Shown piece by piece: positions 22,513-31,088 of a DNA stretch of 34,773 nt. The DNA lies in NCBI GenBank assembly GCA_964526025.1, contig CAZGLJ010000001.1:1-34773 (forward strand). Reading direction: 5' to 3'. The notes under the pieces are model-generated. The model saw nothing but the letters and a program-made list of their open reading frames with translations, had not been told where the DNA came from and ran no database searches. Source of the stretch: an uncultured Candidatus Saccharibacteria bacterium (GTDB taxonomy: Bacteria > Patescibacteriota > Minisyncoccia > Minisyncoccales > Staskawiczbacteraceae). The position numbers were made by a program, and so were the translations under genes. Each line of letters starts with the position of its first letter. Position 1 is the first letter of the stretch.

Positions 22513-23619
22513 TTACATATTTTCTTTTTTATTATCAGTGCCTCTGGCAGCTAAGCCCAGAGCTGCAGTAAAAGGCAAAAAATCAATAGAGCCGGCTTTA
22601 TCTTTTTTTGCTCTTGGCAAATTTATAAATGGGTCGCCAATTTCTACTTGGAGAGCTAATCTTTTTGCTAAAAATTCTGGCAATCCATTTAAATTAGCGC
22701 CGCCGCCGCAAAGAAGAATTTTCTTTATTCCAGTAGAGCATAAAAGATGCTCATGGGAAGCGTGCTCTTCATAAAAATTTATGTACTTTTTAATTTGTGA
22801 TGCCATTTCTTCTAAAACCGGGGCTGCAGCCTGTGAAACTTTTTTTGAACCGGCGCCTATTTTTCCCCTTTCACCTGCAATCCCGTATCGTATTTTCATT
22901 TTTTTAGCTTTATCGAGATCAACCTTCAGCAATTGGGAAATGGATGAATCTAATTGCCTTTGAGAAATTGGAATTGAATGAGTGAAACGTATTGAGCGGC
23001 CTGCAAAAACTATAAAATCAGTCTTATTCTCACCTAAGTCAAGCGCAACCAAGGGGCACTCGCTTGTTTCATCCTTCACTAAAGCTCTTATGGTGGACTG
23101 CGATTCTGACTCAAGAATTAAAGGAATAAGCCCGGCTGACTTCAAACAAGAAACATACGAGTTAACCACGTGTTTGGGCGTTGCGACAACCAATACATCT
23201 ATGTGGTCTAAGCCATCTTTAATAGGCGCTATAGCCTGAAAATCCAAATAAACTTGGTCTATCGGCAGAGGGATATAATTTTCTACTTCAAAAATGACTG
23301 CTGATTTTAACTCTTCTGGGCTCATTCTGGGCATTTGAATAACCTGTAAAAAAGATTCTTCTTCAGGCAAAGAAGCAACCACATATTTTGTTTGAATTTT
23401 TTTTCCTTTTGCTTTTTCATATGCAGATTTAATAATCTTTGCCAATGTTTTTTCATCTTTAATTATCCCTATTTCCACCACTCCGCGTTTTATTTCCATG
23501 CTATTAAAAGAACTTACAGAGAAACCTCTCCTTTCTTTTTCAAGTTTGATAATTTTAAGAGACGAGTCGCTTATATCTAAACCGAACGCTTCTAATTTTA
23601 GACTTAAAAAATTTAACAT
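22513..23619 (-). CDS. pilM: Type IV pilus assembly protein PilM (actin-like ATPase fold)
   Basis: FGLDISDSSLKIIKL..., 368 aa, C-terminal LLCGGGANLNGLPEFLAKRL typical of PilM/FtsA-like proteins. Confidence 0.85.
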   Translation of the reverse strand: MLNFLSLKLEAFGLDISDSSLKIIKLEKERRGFSVSSFNSMEIKRGVVEIGIIKDEKTLAKIIKSAYEKAKGKKIQTKYVVASLPEEESFLQVIQMPRMSPEELKSAVIFEVENYIPLPIDQVYLDFQAIAPIKDGLDHIDVLVVATPKHVVNSYVSCLKSAGLIPLILESESQSTIRALVKDETSECPLVALDLGENKTDFIVFAGRSIRFTHSIPISQRQLDSSISQLLKVDLDKAKKMKIRYGIAGERGKIGAGSKKVSQAAAPVLEEMASQIKKYINFYEEHASHEHLLCSTGIKKILLCGGGANLNGLPEFLAKRLALQVEIGDPFINLPRAKKDKAGSIDFLPFTAALGLAARGTDNKKENM

Positions 23620-23639
23620 TATTTTATTGTATCACCAAA

Positions 23640-24884
23640 CTACTCTTCCTTCCAGTTTGTAATTTTCCATCCGCCGCCCGGACCCGAAGAAAAGAAAGTG
23701 TTTTCAAGTCCGCTGTCATATTGGACTACCGCGTTATTGTTTAAAATCACTTTATATCCTGTAACTTCTCTGACACTTACATTATTGCTGAGTAAAATTC
23801 CGCCGGAAGTTGTATAAAAAATGGCGCCTGCGGCGTTATTGTTCACAGAAATCGCATAGCCTGAAGAATTAGTGGATAAAACTAAAAGATAACTGCCAGA
23901 TTGGCCAGAACCTGTAAATACAGAGTTATTCCCAACTGAAATCTGCCCGTCAGATAGAATAACTCCGCTGAACGATCCATAAGAGCTATCGAGCCTTATA
24001 GTCGAACCATTGCTTACAAAAATATTTCCTGTCACATAAATGGTGCCTGTAAGCTTAACAATAGCATTATTGGCAACAGTCAAGGAGCCAACTATTTTAA
24101 CAGGGCCCATAGAGCTCGTTTGCCCGTTTAAAATTGAAACGTTTCCTGTTATAATCTCGACAGAAGCATCGTCTTTCCATTCTTGAATTTGGCTTTCAGA
24201 TATAGGCATGGGTTGAATAGGAATTGGGTCGTCCTGAGTTGAAGTTTCGCCGGAAACACTGCAATTTTGGACACCACCTCCGATCACATATATTAAATTT
24301 CCTTCAATCGTTGAATCTTCACACCTGTAAACGAGCGCATCTCCGCCCACCGTTAATCCATCAATCCTATTATTTCCAGCGACAATAACATTGTCATCAA
24401 TAATGCCGGAGCCAGTAATGTTTCCGTCTGAAAAAACATTACCTATTACCCTGCTGTTATTTGACATTTGCATTCCTCCCTCTCCAACCTGCACCCCATA
24501 ATGGAAGGAAGTTCCAGACGCTGTAATAGTATAAACAGCTCTCACTTTTTTAATCCTATTATCATAATTCCCTTGAGAAATAATAGTTCTGGACCCGCCA
24601 ACAATTTCGGAAATCTCTATATTGGCAGCAGAATCGCCGACATTTAAGCTATAAGAAGACGCGACAGTTTGGGGACTGCGTTTTAAGTGCGATATAGAAT
24701 CTTCTATGCCTGCTTCAGCAGTATAATAAGCTTGAGTTGATTTAATAACATTTTCAGCTATTTTATGCCTGTTGATAATTATGCCCGTCATACTCGTAGC
24801 CAGACTCAGCATAGACAACAAAACTAAAAATGTGACTAAAGAAGCGACAAATCCTTTTTGGTTATTTTTTATGAAATCCAGCAT
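23640..24884 (-). CDS. Large PilX/GspK-like minor pseudopilin with a beta-helix-like repeat body (414 aa)
   Basis: N-terminus NQKGFVASLVTFLVLLSML (a prepilin-like hydrophobic helix lacking Glu+5), then AYYTAEAGIE (PilX_N-like). The body has Gly/Asn/Val/Ile-rich repeats (GNVFSDGNITGSGIIDDNVIVAGNNRIDG...). Confidence 0.55.
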   Translation of the reverse strand: MLDFIKNNQKGFVASLVTFLVLLSMLSLATSMTGIIINRHKIAENVIKSTQAYYTAEAGIEDSISHLKRSPQTVASSYSLNVGDSAANIEISEIVGGSRTIISQGNYDNRIKKVRAVYTITASGTSFHYGVQVGEGGMQMSNNSRVIGNVFSDGNITGSGIIDDNVIVAGNNRIDGLTVGGDALVYRCEDSTIEGNLIYVIGGGVQNCSVSGETSTQDDPIPIQPMPISESQIQEWKDDASVEIITGNVSILNGQTSSMGPVKIVGSLTVANNAIVKLTGTIYVTGNIFVSNGSTIRLDSSYGSFSGVILSDGQISVGNNSVFTGSGQSGSYLLVLSTNSSGYAISVNNNAAGAIFYTTSGGILLSNNVSVREVTGYKVILNNNAVVQYDSGLENTFFSSGPGGGWKITNWKEE

Positions 24885-24888
24885 AATT

Positions 24889-25440
24889 TTAATAGCTCCT
24901 TAAAGAAGCTGTTGAAGTTAAGGTAGCTGAAGCTGACCGGCCGGGGTCGCTTGAATTTAGGTAGTCAGCAGTCAAGTTAATCTTTACAGACGGCATTCCA
25001 TTTATTACAATTTGTGTAAATTCCAGCTGAGATATTCCGACAGTATCAGGGGTTAAAAATATCGTGTCTTGAGATTCTTTTTTTAAACAAAGGCGCAAAT
25101 CACAAAGAAAAAAATCAATAAAAGTTGACGATTCGTCATCTGGCAAATAATTTGCGGTCTCTAAAGACAATTGATTCTGAGTGGTTGTCGGCGTATAAAT
25201 GCTTTTGGCTGATTTTATTTCATATAGCATCGCCTCCATAGCGTTTCTTGCGTTTTCTGATGCCTCCCTATCAGCTTTTGATTTGGTATTGGAATAACTA
25301 AGCCAAAAAACAAAGGAGGCTATGATTGATAAAATAAGGGAAAGAAGAAAAGTGTAAATCAAAATCTCTACGAGGGTAAAGCCCCTGTAATTTTTTTTTT
25401 CCAAAAAAATATTATTTTTTTTCATTAGACTTATTCCCAA
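24889..25440 (-). CDS. Type IV minor pilin (prepilin N-terminal cleavage/methylation motif)
   Basis: YRG/FTLVEILIYTFLLSLIL is the canonical G/FTLxE motif. The likely true start is the MKKNN... ATG at complement 25423-25425. Confidence 0.75.
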   Translation of the reverse strand: MGISLMKKNNIFLEKKNYRGFTLVEILIYTFLLSLILSIIASFVFWLSYSNTKSKADREASENARNAMEAMLYEIKSAKSIYTPTTTQNQLSLETANYLPDDESSTFIDFFLCDLRLCLKKESQDTIFLTPDTVGISQLEFTQIVINGMPSVKINLTADYLNSSDPGRSASATLTSTASLRSY

Positions 25441-25985
25441 TTAGTAAAATAGGTTATTAATTGCAATGTGCGGTCTCTCCAGCTGATAATTGCTGTAACT
25501 TTTCTTGTGTTAGGGTCATCGCGAGAACTGTTGTAAACAGCCTCAATATTATATGTAGAAGGGTCTCGCGAAACTCTGTCAAAAATAATCTGATTTGTAA
25601 AAATTCCGCTGGTTTCAATCCCTGAAACTAAATTCCATTCTGCGGGACTAGAGCTTGTGTTTAAAAATAAATGATACGGATTGTCCGCTCCCGTCGCCAG
25701 CAAACCTAAACCGTCTGTCGCCCAGTCCTTTCCGTCGCGGAAATTCCTTACAGCCTCAATTACTTCTTTAAGCTGAGAGTTTGCTTGCGTGGCCTCTCTC
25801 AGCGAAGTTGAAATTTTTATTGACCAAGTGCCGATATTTAAAAGCACAGCAAAAGCAAGACTTATTACTGCAATTGATATTACAGCGTCTATAAGAACAG
25901 CACCCGCCTCCTTGCTGCACTTTAAAATATTATTGCCATAAAAGGTCTTGAACATAAATAGATTTGTAGTTAGTTGTTTGGCCAT
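25431..25985 (-). CDS. Pseudopilin-like protein with a non-canonical N-terminus
   Basis: EAG/AVLIDAVISIAVISLAFAVLL has Asp in place of Glu at +5. The ORF start overlaps the upstream pilin by 56 nt, so the true start is uncertain. Confidence 0.5.
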   Translation of the reverse strand: MAKQLTTNLFMFKTFYGNNILKCSKEAGAVLIDAVISIAVISLAFAVLLNIGTWSIKISTSLREATQANSQLKEVIEAVRNFRDGKDWATDGLGLLATGADNPYHLFLNTSSSPAEWNLVSGIETSGIFTNQIIFDRVSRDPSTYNIEAVYNSSRDDPNTRKVTAIISWRDRTLQLITYFTNWE

Positions 25986-26799
25986 CGGCAGAATATCCTG
26001 CGATGTTGCCAGTGATATCTCCGGAAATTGAAATTTTGAGACTTGCGTTATTAAGTCTCATATCTCTATGGATAGAAAATTGGGCATCAGTATTATTTAA
26101 TCTGTGAGTATGAATCTTTATTGTTTGATCAAATCCCCCAACGCTAACCTTTCCTTCCCAATAAAACTGCGAGCCGATTAAATTCTCGCTAATGGGTATT
26201 TGCTGGACAAGCGTATCGTTAAAAGTTAAAATTATATTTTCGTTATAAATATCAATATTTCTATTATAGTCAACATGTATGTGCCTGGAATCCTTTAATC
26301 TTGTATCAGGGGCAGCTGGAGGTAAAGCAAAACCAACCGCTCCAGAATTAGCTATATAAATAATTTTATTCTGGCTAATATCGTTTTTTAACCTTAAAGA
26401 AATATTCCCCCAATTATCTGTGCTGCCTATAAGCTTGTTAAATATTATTTCACTGCCGCCATTTAAATTAACATCATAAAATTCAACAGCATCAGGCAGT
26501 AAATAGACCTTATCAGAGCTGACATCTCTTGAGGCAAAATCAGCTCCTTTAAATAATACATATCTATTGGGCCAAACCGCGTTATCAAAATAAACTCCAT
26601 ATTGGCTGTCGCCCTGAGAAGCTAAAGTTTGGCTTTGGGCGACTTTTAGAATGCTTATAACTTCTTCTGTATTATCATTTAAATCAACATTTTTTTGCAG
26701 AAGAAAAAAAGTTGCAATAGCTACAGCTCCCAAAGCAAATAATATTGCTATAACTACAATTAATTCAACTAATGAAAATCCAAAATTATATTTTTTCAT
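25930..26799 (-). CDS. Type IV pilin-like protein, unusually large (289 aa)
   Basis: MKKYNFG/FSLVELIVVIAILFALGAV is a canonical class III signal peptide with Gly-1, Phe+1 and Glu+5. First pilin gene after pilC. Confidence 0.8.
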   Translation of the reverse strand: MKKYNFGFSLVELIVVIAILFALGAVAIATFFLLQKNVDLNDNTEEVISILKVAQSQTLASQGDSQYGVYFDNAVWPNRYVLFKGADFASRDVSSDKVYLLPDAVEFYDVNLNGGSEIIFNKLIGSTDNWGNISLRLKNDISQNKIIYIANSGAVGFALPPAAPDTRLKDSRHIHVDYNRNIDIYNENIILTFNDTLVQQIPISENLIGSQFYWEGKVSVGGFDQTIKIHTHRLNNTDAQFSIHRDMRLNNASLKISISGDITGNIAGYSADGQTTNYKSIYVQDLLWQ

Positions 26800-26804
26800 A
26801 TTGA

Positions 26805-28019
26805 TTAACGTATGGCCTGCAACGATGAGTACATAGGCTCAATAACCGAAAAAGCGAATAAAGCCACACCCAATCCCAAAATTATCAATAAAACAGGCTC
26901 GATTGCAGTTGACAGCTTAGTAGTTGTTCTGATGAGCTCCTCTTCGTAAAAATCCGCCAGCGTTTTTAATACAGTTGAAGTTTTTCCCGTCTCCTCGCCC
27001 ACTTCCATCATTTCAATGGCGCCGAAAGGAAAAATATTTTTATAAGTAAGCAAAGCTTCTGATAATTTTTCTCCTTTTTTAATTTTTTCCAACGCTTCAT
27101 TAATGGCTTTCTTAAAGTATAAATTACCCACAGTTCCAGATATCACCTCTAAAGACCTTGCTAAGGGAACGCCGGAACTCAAAAGAGAGCTTAAAGAGCG
27201 TATTAAGATTGCGCAATTGCTCTTCTTAACGAGAGATGAAATAATCGGGAGTTCTAAAAATAGAGTATCTTTAGACCATTTACCGTTTTTAGTCCTTAGC
27301 CACAGCCCGATTGAAAGGATAAAGACAAACGGAATGGCAATCAAGAGGGGCCACCGCTCTGTTGAAAACTGACCGAAGTTAATTAAAATTTGAGTGTAAA
27401 AAGGAATTTTGGCATTCATGCTCAAGAAAAAAGCGCTCAGGCGGGGCAGAACCACTATTGCAATAATAATTCCAACAACAAGCATCAGCGCTAAAACGAT
27501 ACAGGGATAAATCATAGCGCCGTGTATTTCAGATTTCAATCTGTGCTCTTTTTCTAGGTGCAAAGACAGAATTTTTAATACCTCTTCTAATGTGCCTGAC
27601 TCCTCGCCGACTTTTATCATGCTTAAAAAAAACTCTGAAAAAATATCTGGATAAAAAGACAACGCCGAAGACAAACTTTCTCCTTTATTGACCCGCTCCT
27701 TAACATTTATGAGGGCATTTTTTAGTTTTTTATTTCTTGCCTGCAAAGACAATACTTCAAAACTATTTACCAAAGAAAGGCCGGTGGCCACCATAACCGA
27801 TAGGTTCCTTGTCATAATTATCTTTTCATATACGGGAACCCTTAAAGAAAAAGAAAAAAGAAGCGATTTTTTATTCTTCTTGCCTTCTAAAACAGCGTCA
27901 ATCAAAATTAGCCCTTCCTCTTTTAAGTTTTGGGCGAGCTCGTGAGTATCCTTAGCAACCGATGTTGATTTTACTGTTTTCCCGCTGATAGATTTAGCGG
28001 TGTAAAAATAATTTGGCAT
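26805..28019 (-). CDS. pilC: Type IV pilus platform protein PilC (GspF family)
   Basis: 404 aa with two T2SS-F repeats (e.g. LSSALSFYPDIFSEFFLSMIKVGEESGTL and LSEALLTYKNIFPFGAIEMMEVGEETGK) and three TM segments. Confidence 0.9.
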   Translation of the reverse strand: MPNYFYTAKSISGKTVKSTSVAKDTHELAQNLKEEGLILIDAVLEGKKNKKSLLFSFSLRVPVYEKIIMTRNLSVMVATGLSLVNSFEVLSLQARNKKLKNALINVKERVNKGESLSSALSFYPDIFSEFFLSMIKVGEESGTLEEVLKILSLHLEKEHRLKSEIHGAMIYPCIVLALMLVVGIIIAIVVLPRLSAFFLSMNAKIPFYTQILINFGQFSTERWPLLIAIPFVFILSIGLWLRTKNGKWSKDTLFLELPIISSLVKKSNCAILIRSLSSLLSSGVPLARSLEVISGTVGNLYFKKAINEALEKIKKGEKLSEALLTYKNIFPFGAIEMMEVGEETGKTSTVLKTLADFYEEELIRTTTKLSTAIEPVLLIILGLGVALFAFSVIEPMYSSLQAIR

Positions 28020-28023
28020 ATCA

Positions 28024-29784
28024 TTATTCTACGATGACCCTCAAAACTTCCTCTATTGAGGTTATCCCTTGGGCTGCTTTTATAAATCCGTCTTCTATCA
28101 TTGTCCTCATGCCGTCAGCTACCGCCTGTTGGGCGATTTCATTTGTCGCAGATTTTTTAACAATCAAAGTTTTTATTTTTTCAGTCACCGGCAGAACTTC
28201 AAAAATTCCTATTCGTCCTTTATACCCGTCGGGGCAGTCCTTTGAAGGCTTGGCTCTGAAAAAATCTACATCATCCATTTTATCTTTTGCTTTTGCCAGG
28301 CCTTCATGTTTTAAAATTTCTAAAATTCTGTCTAAATCGCAATACTTTGCCAGATTTTTTAAATCAGCTTGTTTCAATTTATATGGCTCTTTTTCTTCAT
28401 AAATTTTTCTGACTAATCTCTGGGCTATAATTAAATTTAAAGTGGATGAAATTAAAAAAGGCTCGGCTTTCATGTCTATAAGCCTTGGAATAGTGCCGGC
28501 GGCATCAGTAGTGTGCAGAGTAGATAAAACCAAGTGGCCGGTTAAAGCTGCGTTAATGGCTAAACCAGCTGTTTCGTCGTCCCTGATTTCTCCGACCATA
28601 ATAATGTCTGGGTCCTGCCTGACTAAAACTCTCAAACCAGCAGCAAAAGTAAGCCCTATTTTAGGATTGACCTGAGTCTGATTGATTCTGGGCATTCTAT
28701 ACTCAATAGGGTCTTCCACTGTAGAGATATTAACATCGGGTGTGTTTAATGTTTCCATCATGGTATACAAACTAGTTGTCTTGCCGCAGCCTGTCGGCCC
28801 TACTACCAATATCATGCCTGAAGGCCTTTGCAGATTGTCGCGCACGTATTCTAGGGCACCACCCCCCAACCCTAATCCGTCTAAAGTAGAGGCCTTTACA
28901 TCCTCAGCCAGCAATCTCATCACAATTTTTTCGCCGTTATAAACTGGCAAAACAGAAACTCTCACAGAGTATTTGAAATCTTCAGTTTCAATTTTAAACC
29001 TTCCATCTTGGGGCAGCCTATGTTCGTCAAGCTTTAAATTAGAAAGAACTTTTATTCTTGCCACAATTCCCTGAGCCACTGACGCCGGGAGAATCATAAC
29101 AACATGCAAAATTCCATCAACCCTATAGCGCACAATAACTTCTTTTTCTAAGGGCTCAATATGCACATCAGACGCTCTTTGTAAAATAGCGTGTTTTAAT
29201 AAAGTGTCAACAACTTTTATAATAGGCATTTCTTCGGCGGCTTTCTGCAATTTTTCCTTGCCGCCAAGGACCTCGAAAAAATCTTCCTCTTTGATGTGTT
29301 TTACATTTTTTGTTTCCTCTTTGATAATATCTCCAAATTCTATTTCTAGAGTTTTTTGGTATTGGGCCAAAGCATTTTTTATGCTTGTCGTGGTTGTTAA
29401 ACGAGAAAGAATTTTTAAAGAAGGATCTGTTTTCTCTATAAATTCAATGGTTCTTAAATCTTCGGGGTCTAACATCGCCACCTCAAGCTTATTTCCCTTC
29501 TTGCTGAATGCAATAATATTATGGACTCTGGCGATTGGTTCTGGGATTATTTTTAAAATCTCCGGAGGTATTATTTCTTTTTCTAAATTTATAAAGGGAA
29601 TCCCTAAAAGATGGGCTTTAATCTTAATTAATTCGTCTTCTGGCAAAAGGCCTGATGAAACCAAAATATCGCCGGCTTCGCGTCCGCTTCCTTTGCTTTC
29701 TGACAAAGCTTTTTCAAACTGCTTGTCTGAAACTAATCCAGCATCCAAAAGAAATTTTTTTAAACGTTGCGGGTCAACCTTCAT
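28024..29784 (-). CDS. pilB: Type IV pilus assembly ATPase PilB (GspE family)
   Basis: N-terminal MshEN-like domain (LLDAGLVSDKQFEKAL), Walker A GPTGCGKTT, Asp/His boxes and a Walker B region (IIMVGEIRD). I moved the start to MKVDPQRL (29784), because the first 20 codons of the track ORF lie upstream of the predicted promoter. Confidence 0.9.
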   Translation of the reverse strand: MKVDPQRLKKFLLDAGLVSDKQFEKALSESKGSGREAGDILVSSGLLPEDELIKIKAHLLGIPFINLEKEIIPPEILKIIPEPIARVHNIIAFSKKGNKLEVAMLDPEDLRTIEFIEKTDPSLKILSRLTTTTSIKNALAQYQKTLEIEFGDIIKEETKNVKHIKEEDFFEVLGGKEKLQKAAEEMPIIKVVDTLLKHAILQRASDVHIEPLEKEVIVRYRVDGILHVVMILPASVAQGIVARIKVLSNLKLDEHRLPQDGRFKIETEDFKYSVRVSVLPVYNGEKIVMRLLAEDVKASTLDGLGLGGGALEYVRDNLQRPSGMILVVGPTGCGKTTSLYTMMETLNTPDVNISTVEDPIEYRMPRINQTQVNPKIGLTFAAGLRVLVRQDPDIIMVGEIRDDETAGLAINAALTGHLVLSTLHTTDAAGTIPRLIDMKAEPFLISSTLNLIIAQRLVRKIYEEKEPYKLKQADLKNLAKYCDLDRILEILKHEGLAKAKDKMDDVDFFRAKPSKDCPDGYKGRIGIFEVLPVTEKIKTLIVKKSATNEIAQQAVADGMRTMIEDGFIKAAQGITSIEEVLRVIVE

Positions 29785-29802
29785 AAAAGAAAATATTAAT
29801 AT

Positions 29803-29811
29803 ATTATAACA
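29803..29811 (-). promoter_or_regulatory. Extended -10 element TGTTATAAT (minus strand) for the pilus operon
   Basis: The complement of 29803-29811 reads TGTTATAAT. It lies 18 nt upstream of the ATG at 29784. No SD. Confidence 0.4.
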
Positions 29812-29864
29812 TTTTAAAAGCAAGAGAGGAAAAAACTTTTTCACAAGTATGAAATATAGAAATC

Positions 29865-29894
29865 AAAAAGCCCCCGCCTAGGCGGGGGCTTTTT
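29865..29894. terminator. Strong terminator hairpin after rpoD
   Basis: aaaaa-gcccccgcc-ta-ggcgggggc-ttttt. Confidence 0.85.
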
Positions 29895-29896
29895 GA

Positions 29897-31084
29897 TTAG
29901 TAGTAGTCTTTTATTTTTTTTAGCTCTCTGTGCTTTCGTAATTTTTCAAGGGCTTTGGCCTGAATTTGGCGGATTCTTTCTCTTGTTACGCCGAACTCCT
30001 CGCCGGTTTCTTCTAATGTGTGCATTACCCCATCGTCTAAGCCGAATCTCATTCCTAAAATTTTTAATTCTCTGGGAGTTAATTCGCTCGATAATTCTTT
30101 TAACCTGTCTTTTAAAAGTTTTCTTGCAGCCTCTGTGTTCGGCGCTATTGTTTTGTCGTCTTTAATGAATTCGGCTAAAACGCTGTCCTGCTTGTCTTTG
30201 TCTTCTCCAACCGGAGTCTCCAATGAAACTGCTTTTTGAGCAATTTTTCTTATATGATGGACTTTATCAACCTCCAAGCCCATCTCAGCTGCAATTTCTT
30301 CAGCTAACGGCTCGCGGCCTAATTCCTGCAAAAGGTTTTTCCTGATTTTTGTGTACTTGGAAATAGTTTCTATCATATGGACCGGGATTCTAATGGTCCT
30401 TGCCTGGTCAGCTAAAGCCCTGGTAATTGACTGGCGAATCCACCATGTAGCGTAAGTTGAAAATTTATATCCCTTTCTCCAATCAAATTTTTTAACTGCC
30501 TTAAAAAGCCCCAAGTTTCCTTCCTGTATTAAATCTAATAAAGTCAGGTTAGGAGAGCGTCCAACATATTTTTTAGCAATAGAAACGACCAATCTCAAGT
30601 TTGCTAAAGCTAATTTATTTTTTGCCTCTTCGTCTCCAGCTTCAATTCTTTTTGCCAATTCTTTTTCTTCTTTTGCTGACAGAAAACTGGACTTGCCAAT
30701 CTCCTTTAAATACATCTGTATAGGGTCGATTTTGCCTATCAAAGCTTTTCTGCCTCTCTTTTCTTTTTTAGGTTTTGTTTCTAGAAATTCCTGCATTTCC
30801 TTAATTTGTATGCCTTTATCCTTGAAATTGTCATAAATTTTTTCTAGCCCTTCAATGTCTCTCTCTATATTCGGAAAAGCATACAAAATTTCTGAGGCTG
30901 TAATAAAGCCCCTCTCTTCGCCCTTCTTTAAAAGAGCTTGCATCTGCCCTTCATCTATAAAAGATTTTTTCGCCCTTCTTTTGTTCTTCGCTTTCGAAGC
31001 TTTTTTCCTTCGCCTCGCCGAAGCCAAATGGCGAAGGCGGGTTTGTCCTCTTTTTTTTGCCTTTTTTGTTTTTTTCTTTTTCAT
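29897..31084 (-). CDS. rpoD: Primary RNA polymerase sigma factor RpoD, with a Lys/Arg-rich N-terminal tail
   Basis: Regions 1.1, 1.2, 2 ([13 protein letters not shown]), 3 (RTIRIPVHM...) and 4 ([24 protein letters not shown]) are all present. It follows dnaG, as in the classic dnaG-rpoD operon. Confidence 0.95.
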   Translation of the reverse strand: MKKKKTKKAKKRGQTRLRHLASARRRKKASKAKNKRRAKKSFIDEGQMQALLKKGEERGFITASEILYAFPNIERDIEGLEKIYDNFKDKGIQIKEMQEFLETKPKKEKRGRKALIGKIDPIQMYLKEIGKSSFLSAKEEKELAKRIEAGDEEAKNKLALANLRLVVSIAKKYVGRSPNLTLLDLIQEGNLGLFKAVKKFDWRKGYKFSTYATWWIRQSITRALADQARTIRIPVHMIETISKYTKIRKNLLQELGREPLAEEIAAEMGLEVDKVHHIRKIAQKAVSLETPVGEDKDKQDSVLAEFIKDDKTIAPNTEAARKLLKDRLKELSSELTPRELKILGMRFGLDDGVMHTLEETGEEFGVTRERIRQIQAKALEKLRKHRELKKIKDYY

Positions 31085-31088
31085 TAGA

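Noticed and set aside
29785-29844. 20-codon N-terminal extension of pilB (MKKFFPLLLLKCYNILIFSF)
   Set aside because: It lies upstream of the extended -10 element (29803-29811) and does not resemble GspE N-termini. MKVDPQRLKKFLLDAGL is a typical start.
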